NCBI RefSeq assembly: GCF_006345805.1
Contig: NC_043024.1
Span: 13,826,001-13,890,000 of the forward strand
Reading direction: 5' to 3'
Source: Octopus sinensis
Lineage: Eukaryota
DNA length: 64,000 nt
Position 1 is the first letter of the stretch; every line of letters begins with the position of its first letter. Below, one piece after another: positions 1-13,886 of the stretch. The position numbers and the translations under genes are program-made. Under the pieces are notes generated by a model. That model made no database searches. It was given only the letters and a program-made list of their open reading frames with translations, and was not told the origin of the DNA.

Positions 1-970
1 GTGTTATCCATATAAATCCATGGGGTGATTATAATCAAAATAAGCAACAAGTATATCTTCGGTAATTTGGTACGATCGTTTCACGCTACATCATTTTATT
101 AAGCATTGTAATATATATATGTGTGTGTGCGTGTGTCTGTGTGAATTCGATCTGACACTTTGGTTACCGTTGCAACAAATGCTACATGTGGCTACACCGA
201 TTGAGAATTGCATTAGTTACGTGAGTAAGTGTACGGGTATCGGGTATCTAGAGTTGCGGGTGGAACCAGATGCAATGGTTTTATTCCTTAGTTCTTTTAC
301 TACCGCATCATTTGTCTCAATTCTGTTTCTCATTTTTTAATATTTCGGGAATTGTTCATCTGTGATACAAAGAAATTTTGTTACGGTAGTATTTCTATGA
401 TGACCTCATACCGCAAAACTTTCTGCCTATCATAAACTTCACAATCCCTTGATCTGTCTCTACCTTTGGACTATAGTTTTAACGCTTAGAAAGCGGGGTT
501 TTTGTTCAGGGACCTAATAGCTTTGAATAGCAGAAAGTGAAATCCTCAACATGTCAAAACCGTGGAATTAAGGACGTGTCATCTTCATATCTAAGATCAA
601 TGCAGAGAAAGTCACTGATTGGCATACTTAAATGCTTTCTAAGAAGCTGAGGTAAATGATGAAAGATGACAAGCCACTCATTAGGCTAAGGATCAAGAAA
701 TCCTTGGTAAATTTGTATAATATCTTTCATCTTAATTTCAATATGTACAACCCTTGATAACTTCCATAGGGACGTCAGTACAACAGATCGTATCCTTAAA
801 GATTTCAAGATTTGAACAGTAAACATATCTGATGTCCTTTTGCATTATCAGTTATGTCTTTAACTCTAAAACTAGCTCCAGTATTCTATTTCATAGACTT
901 TCATAGGTCTAAAATCGAAGGAATACTTCGTTGTCGCTTCTTGAATTTTACCTGCCATTCTTCCGCTGAA

Positions 971-1384
971 GTTACTCTTTTACTCTTTTACTTGTTTTAG
1001 TCATTTGACTGCGGCCATGCTGGAGCACCGCCTTTAGTCGATCAAATCGACCCGGGACTTATTCTTTGTAAGCCCAGTACTTAATATATCGGTCTCTTTT
1101 GCCGAACCGCTAAGTGTCAGGGACGTAAACACACCAGCACCGGTTGTCAAGCAATGCTAGGGGGTCAAACACACACACACACACAAACACATATACACAC
1201 ATATATATATACATATATACGACAGGCTTCTTTCAGTTTCCGTCTACCAAATCCACTCACAAGACACTGGTCGGCCCGGGGCTATAGCAGAAGACACTTG
1301 CCCAAGATGCCACGCAGTGGAACTGAACCCGGAACCATGTGGTTGGTTAGCAAGCTACTTACCACACAGCCACTCCTGAGCCTA
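971..1384 (-). mobile_element. tRNA-derived SINE, local family A, full-length (CORE-like motif, internal CA/TA microsatellite)
   Basis: Minus strand reads AGGAGTGGCTGTGTGGTAAG (A-box-like), GGTTCAGTTCC (B-box-like), CTTGGGCAAGTGTCTT (CORE-like) and a (AAAGAGT)n tail. Close copies at 9343-9704 and 46873-47424. Confidence 0.85.
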
Positions 1385-1984
1385 TATATAAGTGTATAGG
1401 ATTGTAGAAAAGTCACCCTTGTTTCTTTGCCTATTCGTTTGTCACTCCTTTATAGTATTGAGCAAATCTTTTGACGATATTTTTCAAACAGCTTTCATAA
1501 TAAACCTAAGATGGAAATAGCCTATAAATCCATAACCCCAAGCACCATTTTCCGACCAAAGCCATGGCTGTAGCAATTAATACCCGAACAAAACGTTTAA
1601 GCATTAAAAAAAATGGAAGAGAACAAACATGATTATATTTAAATAGTAAAAATATTCGCGGAAGCAAAATCACCGATCGCGAATTATATACTTTTCTGAC
1701 GAATAGATTTCATTATAGACTGTGATAATTGAACTGTATCGAACTGCTTCGATTAACAAAGGTCTTTTTTATTGTAATGTTATATTATTGGAACAAATAA
1801 AGCGATACAACCTATTCTGTCATAACGGAAAAGAGGTGACCTGTTTAACTCTAAAGTTGACTCCGAAATAGTTTTACTGGTTAAATATTTCATTTCTGGC
1901 CTGATCAATTAATATAGAATTTGGATTGTCCAGAATATTAGCATTATGGCCATTAAATGTTATATTAATTGTAATCTTTATATT

Positions 1985-2195
1985 TCGCTTGTTTCAGTCA
2001 TTGCACTGCGGCCATGCTTGGGCAGCGCTTTGAAAGATTTTGGAAGAACAAACAGTTCCTAGTGTTTTAAGGACTCTGGTTCTTATCATATCGATTTATT
2101 TTGCCGAACTGCTAGATTACTGAGACATACAATAGGAAACATCTGTTGTTAAAGAGTCGCAGACACAGGCAAAACGAAGTACACACACACACACG

Positions 2196-2226
<31 letters not shown>

Positions 2227-2330
2227 GGCTTCTCCAGTTTCCGTTTACAAAACGCACTCGCAAGGCACTGGTCTGCCGGGGCTGCAGTAGAAGAAATTTG
2301 CTACGCATCACAAGCAATGAAACCGAATTT
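1985..2330 (-). mobile_element. Degenerate family A SINE
   Basis: Recognisable blocks ttgtttcagtcattgcactgcggccatgc and cagtttccgtttacaaaacgcactcgcaagg match the 971-1384 copy. Confidence 0.65.
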
Positions 2331-2499
2331 GCTTCTGAAGCACACGATGAAGGCAAAGCTATTAGTATGAATTTCCTTGACGCTAAATATTCGTCGTTAT
2401 CATTCAAGTCAGAGGCCATTTCTTTTGCTTTTACATATGTACATATGATTGCCATCGTGTGTGTTATAAATCTGTGTGCGCGTGCGTGTATTGATGTAG

Positions 2500-3040
2500 A
2501 ATGGTATTACATTTCTTCTATAGTTTTGGAACCGTATATATACTTTATGCAACTTCCTGTTTCATATACATATTTCCATGAAAAGCGTGGATGCTTTCGT
2601 GAAATCTTTTTTGTATACGTTTTCTTAAATATATATGAAATATATCTTCAGAGGAATTGATTTATTAAAAAGATTAAGCCCTACTGCCATCTTCAACTTC
2701 CAAAGGTCACAAATAAAACTTTGGAGTCATTCTTCAGGAAGGGCGTACAGTTGAAGACAAATTCGTTTTCCGTGGTGATATAATATTCGGCGTCCATTAT
2801 CATGAACGAGCATCTTCCATCATATTTCTTGATTCCTGTTATTAGATCTTCGATATTATCATTTACATAACCAACATAGCCTCGTAATATGGAAGCGGAG
2901 TAGAGTCCGTAGAATATTTCAAAGAATCCTGTTTTAACTGCAGTCCGTGTATCTCCGCCTGTAGACACAGAATGATATATTGAATAGCAAGAAGAGTGTT
3001 GCAGGATTTCGTATTTATCAAAATCATTCAATATACACAA
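2500..3040 (-). pseudogene. Decayed non-repetitive reading frame of unknown origin (possible DEDD-exonuclease-like viral/Polinton relic)
   Basis: 115-aa ORF of ordinary composition (2693-3040) containing FMIMDAEY; a protein-like frame resumes after frameshifts (KISRKHPRFSWK...KYIYGSKT). Confidence 0.25.
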
Positions 3041-3299
3041 GAGGACTTACGACATCCATCCATCCATACACATAACATATATGCATATATATATATATAT
3101 ATATATACACTACATAGACACATAGATGCATTCAAACATGTAAACATAACTGTATAAATACACACACATATGTGTGTTCAAACATACATATGAAAATACA
3201 AGTGTGCGTAGGGTATTATATGCATGTGTGCATGCACATGCGATTCACAGGTAAGTACATTGTGTATGCTATTCACATGTATCATGGTACCACAGTAAC

Positions 3300-3409
3300 T
3301 GTCAGTCTATCTATCTATCCATCTATCTATATATCTTTTTCTATCTTTCTTTCTCTCTCTGTCTCTGTCTCTCTTTGTCTCTCTCCCTCCCGATATATAT
3401 GGATATGTG

Positions 3410-3454
<45 letters not shown>

Positions 3455-3668
3455 CATATATAGATGTATATATATGTATACGTATGTATGTATGTATATA
3501 TGTATGTATGTATGTAATATATATATGTGTGTATGTGTATTCGTACATACAAACCACCATGCCCTCGTAGACATAATAGACAATATCTATCTATCTATCT
3601 ATCCATATATATATATGTATATATATATATGCATATATATACATATATACATACATATATATACATAT

Positions 3669-3704
<36 letters not shown>

Positions 3705-3718
3705 GCTTTATACATTTT

Positions 3719-3762
<44 letters not shown>

Positions 3763-3776
3763 CATTTATACATTTT

Positions 3777-3830
<54 letters not shown>

Positions 3831-3860
3831 AAAATGTATAAATGCTTATATATATGTACA
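3300..3860. repeat. Compound (TCTA)/(CT)/(TA)/(TACA) microsatellite
   Basis: Direct inspection. Confidence 0.95.
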
Positions 3861-4169
3861 TATCTACATATAGACTAAAGATTGTCATCACGAAACTGTG
3901 AATGTTATGCTTTCTTCAATCACGAATACAAACGGGAAAACATCGCCGCACATGTATACATGTCTTCCCGCTTTCCTCCCTCTTTATTTCGTCAATTATA
4001 CATGTCACCGGCGGCGAAGTTCTCCTCAACGAACGTCTGAACATATATTTAGACACGTAGCTAGGAGACTTTGCTGGAGATGCTGTATCTACATGTGTTC
4101 TGCGAGAGACAGCAGGAGAACATATCCGTTATGTTGTTGAATAAAGTCCGTGGCAGCAAGTAGAGTTAT

Positions 4170-4322
4170 TGTAATAATAATAATAAATAATAATAATAAT
4201 AATAAAATTAATAATATTAATAATAATAATAGTAATAAGAAGGAGAAAAAGAAGAAAAAAGAATTATAAGGATGATGATGATGATGGTGATGATGGTGGT
4301 GGTGGTTGTGGTGTTGATGATG

Positions 4323-4353
<31 letters not shown>

Positions 4354-4511
4354 GGATGATGGTGGTGGTGGTTGATGAAGATGATGATGATGATGGTGAT
4401 GGTGATGGTGGTGGTGGTGGTGCTGTTGCTGCGGATGATGATGATGACGATGAAGATGATGAAAATGATAATAATAATAATAGTAGTAGCAGCAGCAGCA
4501 GCAGCAGTAGC

Positions 4512-4544
<33 letters not shown>

Positions 4545-4572
4545 TGTAGTAGTAGTAGTAATAATAATAATA

Positions 4573-4603
<31 letters not shown>

Positions 4604-4607
4604 TGAT

Positions 4608-4678
<71 letters not shown>

Positions 4679-4680
4679 TG

Positions 4681-4740
<60 letters not shown>

Positions 4741-4780
4741 GTCCCCCGGTGTTCTCTCTTCATAATAATAATAATAATGA
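4170..4780. repeat. Compound trinucleotide microsatellite (TAA/GAT/GGT/TAG)
   Basis: Direct inspection; explains the poly-I/H/M/N ORFs. Confidence 0.95.
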
Positions 4781-5240
4781 TAAAGTGTAAGTGCAAAGTT
4801 ACTAAGGATCAACAGGGGGTAGATAAAACTGTGCTCAGAGACTGCAACAAGAGGAAGAAAAGTAAATTAGCCATGTCGTGAATCGTCTGTCGTAAGGCGT
4901 ACGATATGATCCGACATTCTTGGATTGTGGAGTGTATGAACATGTTTGGGATTGCAGCGAATGTTGAGGGATTTCTTGGAAAAACTATGGCGAATTGGTG
5001 GACGGACATGACAGCATACGGAAGAAGTTAAGAGAAATTAGGAGGAGCATCTTTCAAGGGGACTGCCTGTCCCCATTGATCTTTGTACCGCTGACACTGA
5101 TTCTAAGGAAAGTAAAAGATGAGTACGTATTCAAAAGCTGCCAGCAAAAGGTCAACCATTTCTTATTCATGCATGACCTTAAACTTTATGGTAAAGATGA
5201 AGCTCAAGTCAGTTCCCTCGTTGATACGGTGTATACCTTG
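4781..5240 (+). mobile_element. R4/Dong-like non-LTR retrotransposon, degenerate RT fragment
   Basis: Frameshifted translation KCKVTKDQQGVDK..LAMSWIVCRKAYDMIRHSWIVECM..RRSIFQGDCLSPLIF..KVNHFLFMHDLKLYGK carries the RT motifs of RLE-type LINEs. It begins directly after (TAA)n. Confidence 0.85.
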
Positions 5241-6059
5241 AAATAGGGGTTGTAATCAGGCTGGAACACTTGCAGAAAACAGTATTTGGTAGGGTCATTC
5301 TGTTTTTTACCAATGTTTCAAGCATTAGAAGCTAACATTGTTCTGAAACCAGTTTTAATCAAAATCCGATCTTTACACACGTATTTTCTACCATTTCTGG
5401 GTAACACGTCTGGTCGTATTTCGAGGGAATGCATCTTATGTTTTGAGGATACTCATTTTTCATACAACTGAAATTATCTTACCTTAATTTGACTTTTAAA
5501 AATTCATATTTTGCTGAAGCTTTCCCTGGGTAGCACCAGAAAATGATTTAAGAATCTCACTTAATGAGAGAACATCATTAAAATAGCTCTGGTTGAATTC
5601 GACATACCAGCACTCTACTACTTGAAGCGACAAGAATCACTGTTTGTATCCAGTGTAGGATCATTCGACTAATTGGCAAGATACACTTAATCCTTTGTTA
5701 TACAGGCATCTCGTCTTCTCATTCTGTCCTTTCTATTGTTACATTCACGCAACTATTTTACGAAGCTGGTTTTCTCTGATATCCTCTTCAGTTTAACAGC
5801 AGTAGGATTGAAGGAACATTTGAAAATAATCAAATGGGAGTTTGTAATTTTTTTTAACAGAATATTAAATTCATTGCTTCAAACACAGTAATGTAAAAAA
5901 AAATAGAAATAATTCATTTCCACCGGAAAATAATGAGGGTTGTCTCCACAAAAATCCCGATTGGCAGGAGAGAGTGACAAAAAATGAAATTGATACAAAA
6001 AAATCTTTGCCTGAATTATCTTATAACACAGACAAAATTCATTTGAAAATTTGGAACAG

Positions 6060-6240
6060 GGATAGCAATTTCGGTGGAGGAGGTATGTTGATTACATCGA
6101 GTCCCACCCACACTGTGTAACTAGTATTCATTTTATTGACCCCTAGTGGATGAAAGTCAACTAGACATCCGCGGAAATTGAACTCAGAATGTAAAAGTCG
6201 GACGAGATACAGCTGAGCGGTTTCGCCAGCGCCCCACCTT
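6060..6240 (-). mobile_element. Degenerate family B SINE
   Basis: ttttattgacccctagtggatgaaagtcaac..gcggaaattgaactcagaatgtaa matches the 44511-44742 copy. Confidence 0.6.
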
Positions 6241-6694
6241 CATTCACGCCGCCAATATTAAGATTTAGGGATGTAAAGTTGCAAAACTGCAAAGAACAAC
6301 ATCTCCAAATTTAAAAGAGAGTGTACAAAATCTATTCTGCGGTTCTGAACGAGGAGAACAAGTAAATGATATCGAGTATGTTATATAATTGATACGATCA
6401 TTGTTACGCATTACTTGTTTTCATTTCTCATCTGAATTATTTAGATTATTGAAACAACGTCGTTGAGGAGAAAACGTTTTGTATTTTTTTTGTAAAATGA
6501 TACATGTCAAATAATTGCAAATTGACAACTCATTCCTGAAAGTAAAGAAAAATAAGAAAATATTTCGAATGATGAATTTAGAAATTGAATTGAGTTTTTT
6601 TTCACTGTCTAGACAATAAAAATTGAGAGATCGCCACTCACACAAACACACACACTCACTCATATATATATATGTATATATAATATATATATAA

Positions 6695-6725
<31 letters not shown>

Positions 6726-9342
6726 ATGTATGTATATATATATTGTATAGATATATATATATATATATAGATATATAGAGAGAGAGAGAGAGAGAGAGAA
6801 TATATATATATATAATATATATATATATGTGTGGGTATGTGTGTGTGTTTGCGTGTGTGTGTTTGTGTGTGGTTGGGGGAGGTCGATGTGTACATACAGA
6901 GTCTACCAAAAATATCGATACAAATATTAACATAAGAAAAGCATTCAAAAATATATTAATGCTACATTTATTCTGACAACATGGGATTCATAAAAGTGGA
7001 ATTTAACTGCTACAATTACAAGTAGAAACATTTTAGCGAGATAAACTGCAGCTTGGGCAAGGCTGTTCAGAATGTCTGCGTGGTTGCTGCACATGCTGCT
7101 TTTAAGGTTTCTCGAAGAGGTCTTAGTGACTCCGGCAGTTTTCTGCAATGCACGACATCTTTTAGTGTGTTCCGTAAGTAAAATCCTGTAAGTGTTCAAT
7201 CAGGGGATTGTACAGTGGAGTCAACATTACCTCAACGGCATTGCAAATTCCTGTTCAATTAAGCATGCACGGGCTGGCAGTAAAGTTCGCAGACTTATCG
7301 GAAAAACTTTCATCTTGGCTGTAAAGTGCATACAGGACCGGTACATGAAAGTAGTATGTCCACGTAGCCATGATTTATAACAGAACCTGGCATATTGATA
7401 TCTCGTTTTTTGCATTTAAGAAGTATTCACGCCTATTTTTTTTATTTTTGCAGTACTTTGGTAAGATGTGTTTGGGCTGTTCTTCTGCGTTCTATTGATT
7501 CCCCGAAGAGCTCACTTCCGAATCGCAAGATTGCAATTAGTTAGATTATTTTTGCTGCTTTAATTTACAGGTGTTGTGTGTGCGATACACCCAGAGTCCG
7601 TCAGTACTTTGCCCTTATTTCTTCTGAGATAGCGTTTATTAATATCACTGTTTCTGATCAAATGTGCTCTTGATATTTTAAGCCCTTGCAGGGCTTAAAT
7701 CTGCATGTATGTGAGTGTCTACAAGTGCATAATGACGAAGAAAGAGAGCATGAAATCATGAGACAAAAGAAAAAGACAGAGACACAGTGTTCCTGTGTGC
7801 ATCGAAGGGAGATAGATCGAAAGTTATAAAAAGACATTGCGTTAATGAGATGAAGCGACAAAACAAGAAATGAAATTGAAACAATATGAATGAATTCTTT
7901 AAGGCATTCGATGCATCGTAATTGATATGTCTCTAATCACGACTTCGTGTAATAGCAATCATGTAACAGACATTTATTCTTCGATATTTTTGTATTCTTT
8001 CAACAAATTAACAGTAATGAAAGACAATGCAATCGTCTCTTGAGAATGCAGTTCCACATTCCCTTGGAACGCTGTTTGTTCGCACGTCTAATAGATTTAT
8101 TGCCTTGGGTGGTTTATTATTATTATTTTTTTTTCAGATTAATTTATACATGTATACCTGCTATTGCGAATTTGGTTTGCACTATAAAATAACAGCGGGA
8201 AACGGGAATCATGAGGTGTTAAATAATTGTCTCTCCATGCTTGGCTGAATCAGTTCAGCTTTGTGAATGCTTTCAGTGTATGTCAAACGACATCATAGAT
8301 TTAATAGAGATCTCTTGTAACAGAAAATTATTGCTTTGGATAATAATTTTACCTATAATTGTGACAATATATTAATTTGTTAAAGCGTCAGATAACAGGT
8401 AATACATTATTTCTTCCTTTCATCCTTTCGCATTTAATAAGCGAAGCAACAGTCAGGTATAGATATCGTGTCTTCATTCTTCTCTCCCTTATATTCCTCC
8501 CTTCTTCTTAACATTTTTCGTTCAGTTTCCTTCCTTTGTCTCTATTTCTCATAATTCGTTTTGGAAGAGAGAAATTCTTTTTTTTTTAACGCCATTATAA
8601 CGACAAGCAGAACGGCTAAACAATGAAGTCCACATGTGTTGGGTGACGGTACGCTGTTACTTCGGAAACAGCCTCTGTGAATTTCCCCTTGAACTGACGT
8701 CACTCAACTAAAGTTCATCAGAAAACTGGTCCCTATTTTGATAATATTCTGTCCTAAAATTGGAAGAAATCTTCGATTCGACCGTATCAATCTAGTTTTT
8801 AGCCGTCAGAACTGACTGAACACATGAAATAAATCTCACCGTACTACATTTCAAACCATGTAGGCCACATCTATGAAGGTAACCACGTACACAATTAAAC
8901 AAATTCGTTTTTATTACGACTATATCGCCTTTTAATTATCAATCACATTCATAATTGCTGTTCTGAGACTGCTTAATAGAAATTCTCAAATAAACTCGAT
9001 TGCAAAGTATATAATTTGCTTCATTTTTCCTCAATAAAATATGTATTTGTAACACTTTCATCTCAGTTTTTACTTGTTATAGTCATTGGACTGCGGACAT
9101 CCTGCGGTACCGAATTGAGGTTTTAAAACCAAACAACCCGAACTTTGTATTGTTTTGTATTTGGTACTCATTACATATGTTTCTGTTGCCGAACCACTAA
9201 GTTGTGGGGAATGAATAAATTTGCTATGCTAGTCAAGAGATCGTGAGGAACAAACACTAACGTATGAACAGACACACAAACATACGTATACACACCAATA
9301 CATAGACACATTTCAGTGCGTGTATATGTGTGTGTTTGTGAT

Positions 9343-9704
9343 ATTTACTCTTTTACTCTTTTACTCTTTTACTTGTTCAGTCATTTGACTGCGGCCATGC
9401 TGGAGCACCGCCTTTTAGTACTTATTGAATCGGTCTCTTTTGCGAACCGCTAAGTAACGGGGACATAAGCAAACCAGCATCGGTTGTCAGCAATGCTAGG
9501 GGGACAAACACAAACACACACATACATACATATATATATATTATACACAGGCTTCTTTCAGTTTCCGTCTACCCAATCACTCACAAGGCTTTGGTCGGCC
9601 CGGGCTACAGTAGAAGACACTTGCCCAAGATGCCACGCTTGGGACTGAACCCGGAACCATGTGGCAGGTAGACAAGCTACTTACCCACAGCCACTCCTGC
9701 GCCT
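9343..9704 (-). mobile_element. Family A SINE, full-length; an older tail fragment lies at about 9066-9300
   Basis: Near-identical to 971-1384 over head, CORE-like block and (TTACTCT)n tail. Confidence 0.85.
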
Positions 9705-9736
9705 CTCCGTTATATTCCTCTCCGTTTCTCTCTCTC

Positions 9737-9776
<40 letters not shown>

Positions 9777-9970
9777 TGTTTATTTCTCCTCATTCGCTTC
9801 TGTAGAATAAATTGGGCTCGAAACATCAACAGCTTCCTCCATGTTTGGTCAAAACTAATACACCTTATTTGTTGTTCTCTCAAATTTTTCTATTATTCTT
9901 TACATTTGCATAATTTGAACTGTATACATACATATATACATATGTATGTGTGTATGTATATATGTGTGCG

Positions 9971-10013
<43 letters not shown>

Positions 10014-10023
<10 letters not shown>

Positions 10024-10132
10024 ATCACGTGACCAACCAGACCATCAGATGTTGCTACACATCGCTGGTCACAATGCATTCAAATTGTTTTAGCCTTCGA
10101 ATGACGCCACCCCGCTGGCTAAGCGAGCAGGC
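10014..10132 (-). mobile_element. 3' part of a further SINE family (family C)
   Basis: GC-rich block tcacgtgatcacgtgaccaaccagaccatcagatg..cgagcaggcc embedded in (TA)n. The assignment rests on recall of a common octopus repeat and is unverified. Confidence 0.5.
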
Positions 10133-10240
10133 CATATATATATATATATATATAATCTATATATATATATATGTATATATGTGTGTGTGGGTGTGAGCGT
10201 GGGTATATATGCGACAGTCTTACACACAATCTTTGTATAA

Positions 10241-10390
10241 GAATCGAGGTCGCCTTTGCTTTTCATCCTTTCGGCGTCGATAAATTAAGTACCAGTTACG
10301 CACAGGGGTCAATGTAATCGTCTAAAATCCCTTCGTCTGTCCTTGTTTGTCCCCTCTATGTTTAGCCCCTTGTGGGCAATAAAGAAATAA
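10241..10390 (+). mobile_element. 5'-truncated family B SINE
   Basis: gaggtcgcctttgcttttcatcctttcggcgtcgataaattaagtaccag..tttagccccttgtgggcaataaagaaat is the reverse complement of the 44511/58601 copies. Confidence 0.8.
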
Positions 10391-10435
10391 CAATCTTTGT
10401 ATAACAAATACACGAACAAGCCACTGGTCGGTCGA

Positions 10436-10720
10436 AGAAGAAGAAGGAGAAGAAGAAGAAGAAAAAAAAAGAAGAAGAAAAAAAGAACAAGAAGAAGAAA
10501 AAGAAGAAGAAGAAGAAGAAGAAGAAGAAGAAGAAAAAAAGAAGAAGAAAAAAAAAAGAAGAAGAAAAAGAAGAAGAAGAAGAAGAAGAAAAGAAGAAGA
10601 AGAAGAAGAAGAAGAAGGAGAAGAAGAAGAAGAGAAGAAGAAGAAGAAGATGAAGTAGAAGAAGAAGAAGAAAGGAAGAAGAAGAAAAAAAATGAAGGAA
10701 AATTAGAAAAGAAGATAAAA
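10436..10720. repeat. (GAA)n microsatellite
   Basis: Direct inspection. Confidence 0.95.
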
Positions 10721-11217
10721 TAATTGAAGCAGGTGAGGGATTTAAGTACTTCAGAAGCTATGATTTCCAAGGCAGGTTGTAGGTGTAGGTACCTGAAGCA
10801 CGTGTCTTGGCTGAAAATGCACTCAACATTTACGGAAATTACACGTCTGAGTGTTGCTGTCCCTTTGCACTAATTTTTCTAATCATTAATCCTGTGCATC
10901 GTTCCAATCAGTCATTAGTTGACAGGTAATTTATTTTCAATGTTAATTAATTAGTTCTCTTAATCTTAATCAAACCTCATTGCTAATCATTCGTTGTTGC
11001 AAATGAAGAATCGTGCGTGGGAGAGACATTTTAATGTCAACGCAAGTAAAGTTATTTAAAATGCACCTCTATATTTTAATGCATTTTAACAGGATTTTTT
11101 TTGCGCGCGGATATTGTGTATATCCACAGAAAACATTAACAGCAGAAGCCATTAAATATTCCTTGCTGGAAAGTACTCAATTTTTAATGTTCTTAAATTT
11201 AATTACTGCTAAACCGA

Positions 11218-11269
<52 letters not shown>

Positions 11270-11679
11270 TAACGTATTATTGTTCATTAAAAGGACATTC
11301 TGTTATTGCATCGATTTCTTTCCATAGTTAAGTTTGCTTATAGGACAACACATGATACTTTTTTACTGCTTCAGATGTTTATTAAAACTTCGATTTCTTT
11401 CCGTACTCAAATTTCTTCGAATCACAATAATCATGCTTGCTTTCTTCCTAATCAGCTATCATAGTATGTATGATAGCAGATAGAAGATCGAATAAGACAG
11501 TTTATTTATTTATTCATTTTTTCCATTCCTGTCTTTCAAAGCTTTCTCATATCGTTTATATGTTTATATCCAATCCAGTGAGACCATCATTTCAGTGAAG
11601 AATAAAAAAAAAAACCTCTTTCGCTCTGTGCTTAGAGGAATGAAAATCGCCTTTAATTATTTCGACCCCACCCCATATA

Positions 11680-12007
11680 TATATTACTGACACTCTGTCG
11701 CTAGGATGCCGTGAGTTTCCGTTGATCCAATTAACGGAAGAGTTGACAAACGAAGTTAACGTGCATGTGGCTGAGCACTCCACAGTCAGGCGTAACCTTA
11801 ACGTAGTTCACACGGAGATTCAACATGACACAGAAAGGGTCAAGGCTGGCCCTTTAAAATACAGGTAGAACTCAGTTCTGGAGGATGGGTGAATTGGATC
11901 AACGTCAAATAAAGGTGTGTAGCTTGAGAAAGCCACGGCTATCGGGAATCGAACTTGCCACCTTACGGTACTGAACCAAATACCACATCTATAAAGCTAC
12001 GCACCTT
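11680..12007 (-). mobile_element. Family D SINE, degenerate
   Basis: Reverse-complement similarity to 12862-13187; tRNA-like head with gggaatcgaac. Confidence 0.7.
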
Positions 12008-12319
12008 CACATACATACATACAAACATACATTGATACATACATTGATACATACATACACATACATATGTATATATATACATATATACATAAACAGACAC
12101 ACACACACAGACACACACATATATATATATATATATATATTAACTGTATTAGCAATACCCATACTTTTTATCATCTAGACCCTTTAACTTTTATAATTTC
12201 ATTTCATAATACGTAAGTGACCCTGAATATGTATTATTTAAATATATTTTCAATGTAGATATCTATATATTCATATATTTGCTTAAATTTGTTCTCATTT
12301 ATTCTGATTTTCATTCTAA

Positions 12320-12458
12320 CTTCAAATATCCCCGTGGTCGACTTTGCCGTTCATAGGACCGGGATCGATAAAGTAAGTAACAGCTGGGCATTTGGGTGGA
12401 TGTACAACTAATCCCTGCCCAGCAAATTGCTGGCCTTGTACTACAATTTGAAACCTAT
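12320..12458 (+). mobile_element. Degenerate family B-related SINE fragment
   Basis: gtggtcgactttgccgttcat..gatcgataaagtaagta..ggccttgtac resembles 61867-62085. Confidence 0.5.
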
Positions 12459-12861
12459 ATTCTTCTCTATGAATAATAAATTTCTGCTCTGCAAAGGCAT
12501 AGGCTAACCGCTCAGATCAATGCAAAAGTGTTTGTCTCATAGCTTAACATAAAAACAAACATTGTATCATACATATATTATACATGTATATGTGAGTGTG
12601 TGTAATATTGAGATTGTAGGAAGTGTATAATCTTTGACTGTCCGCATGAAAATTGTAAGTTGATTGCGCGCAAATATGTCTATTTACTAAATATGTGAAT
12701 TTACTATGAGGTAGTAAGCGACCAAAATTTAAGTAATACTACTATATCTCCGCTTAAGAATGCAACCTTCAAATCCTACCTCCCGATTTTTCCTTCAACC
12801 CGTCCTCTTTTAATTTTCATAAGGCGCGTGATTTCGTACTAAATAGTTGGGTATATGTTAT

Positions 12862-13187
12862 AAGGTGCTGGGTTGCATCGGGAAGCAAGTTCTTTCGTTG
12901 TACATGACACTTTATACCATATGATTCCCGGCGATGCGTTGTGTCCTTGAGCAAGACACTTTATTTCACGTTGCTCCAGTCCACTCAGCTGGCAAAAATG
13001 AGTTGTACCTGTATTTCAAAGGGCCGGCCTTGTCACACTTTGTGTCACGCTGAATCTCCCTGAGAACTACGTTAGGGGTACACGTGTCTGTGGATTGCTC
13101 AGTCACTTGCACGTTAATTCCACGAGCAAGCTGTTCCGTTGATCGTATCAACTGGGACCCTCGTCGTTGTAACCGACGGAGTGCTCC
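12862..13187 (+). mobile_element. Family D SINE
   Basis: ccttgagcaagacactttatttcacgttgctccagtccactcagctgg core and tail gagaactacgttaggggtacacgtgtctgtgg, shared with 11680-12007 and 35990-36250. Confidence 0.8.
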
Positions 13188-13850
13188 TTTTTTATACCAT
13201 ATTGTTATAGTCGATCCACTGAAAACTAGGACCCACCGATTGAATCTACAGCCATCTCCTCCACCTGGAGTCACATCGTTGGCGCCCAGCTGAATATATT
13301 ATGAGAACGACTTAACCGCCGAATCTTACCGTCATTGATACAAACAATATGAATATTTATTTAGGAATTCATACTTCATGAAGTCAGTGCAATTATTTAA
13401 CAAATAATTAATAACGATATAAGCAACATTAAGAAGTAAATTTCGATGCATAAAGCCACCTGATGGAATCGCTGCGATGTGAAATCGAACTGGTGACGCC
13501 GTGGACAGAAAGAGTAACTTCTAATCCGTACAGACATCTCGACGCTTATTTATGTAAAAAGAAAACCAATAGAACACAAATATAAACAAGAAAAAGAAAA
13601 TTACTGTAGATGATGTATATTAGGTTCGTGTTATTTGTTCGAACTTTCATGTTCAATTTACGTAAACATTCAAATTACATTTCAAACATGGAGCAGCGTA
13701 CGTTATTATGAAGACCAACGTTGTTGGAATCTCACAACATTTACAAGTAAAGGAAAAAACAACAGACAAAACAACTACATCTTGTTCAACGACTCCCTTA
13801 TATATCTTCTTTACACTCATGTTCTCCATCTAGTCATCTCTCTCTCTCTC

Positions 13851-13886
<36 letters not shown>

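Noticed and set aside
4089-4881. Long ORFs of I/T/H/N/S runs
   Set aside because: Microsatellite artefacts; only the end of 4372-4881 overlaps real LINE sequence.
5250-7420. Coding-looking stretches at 5250-5720 and 6960-7420
   Set aside because: Stops in all frames and no motif I could recognise.
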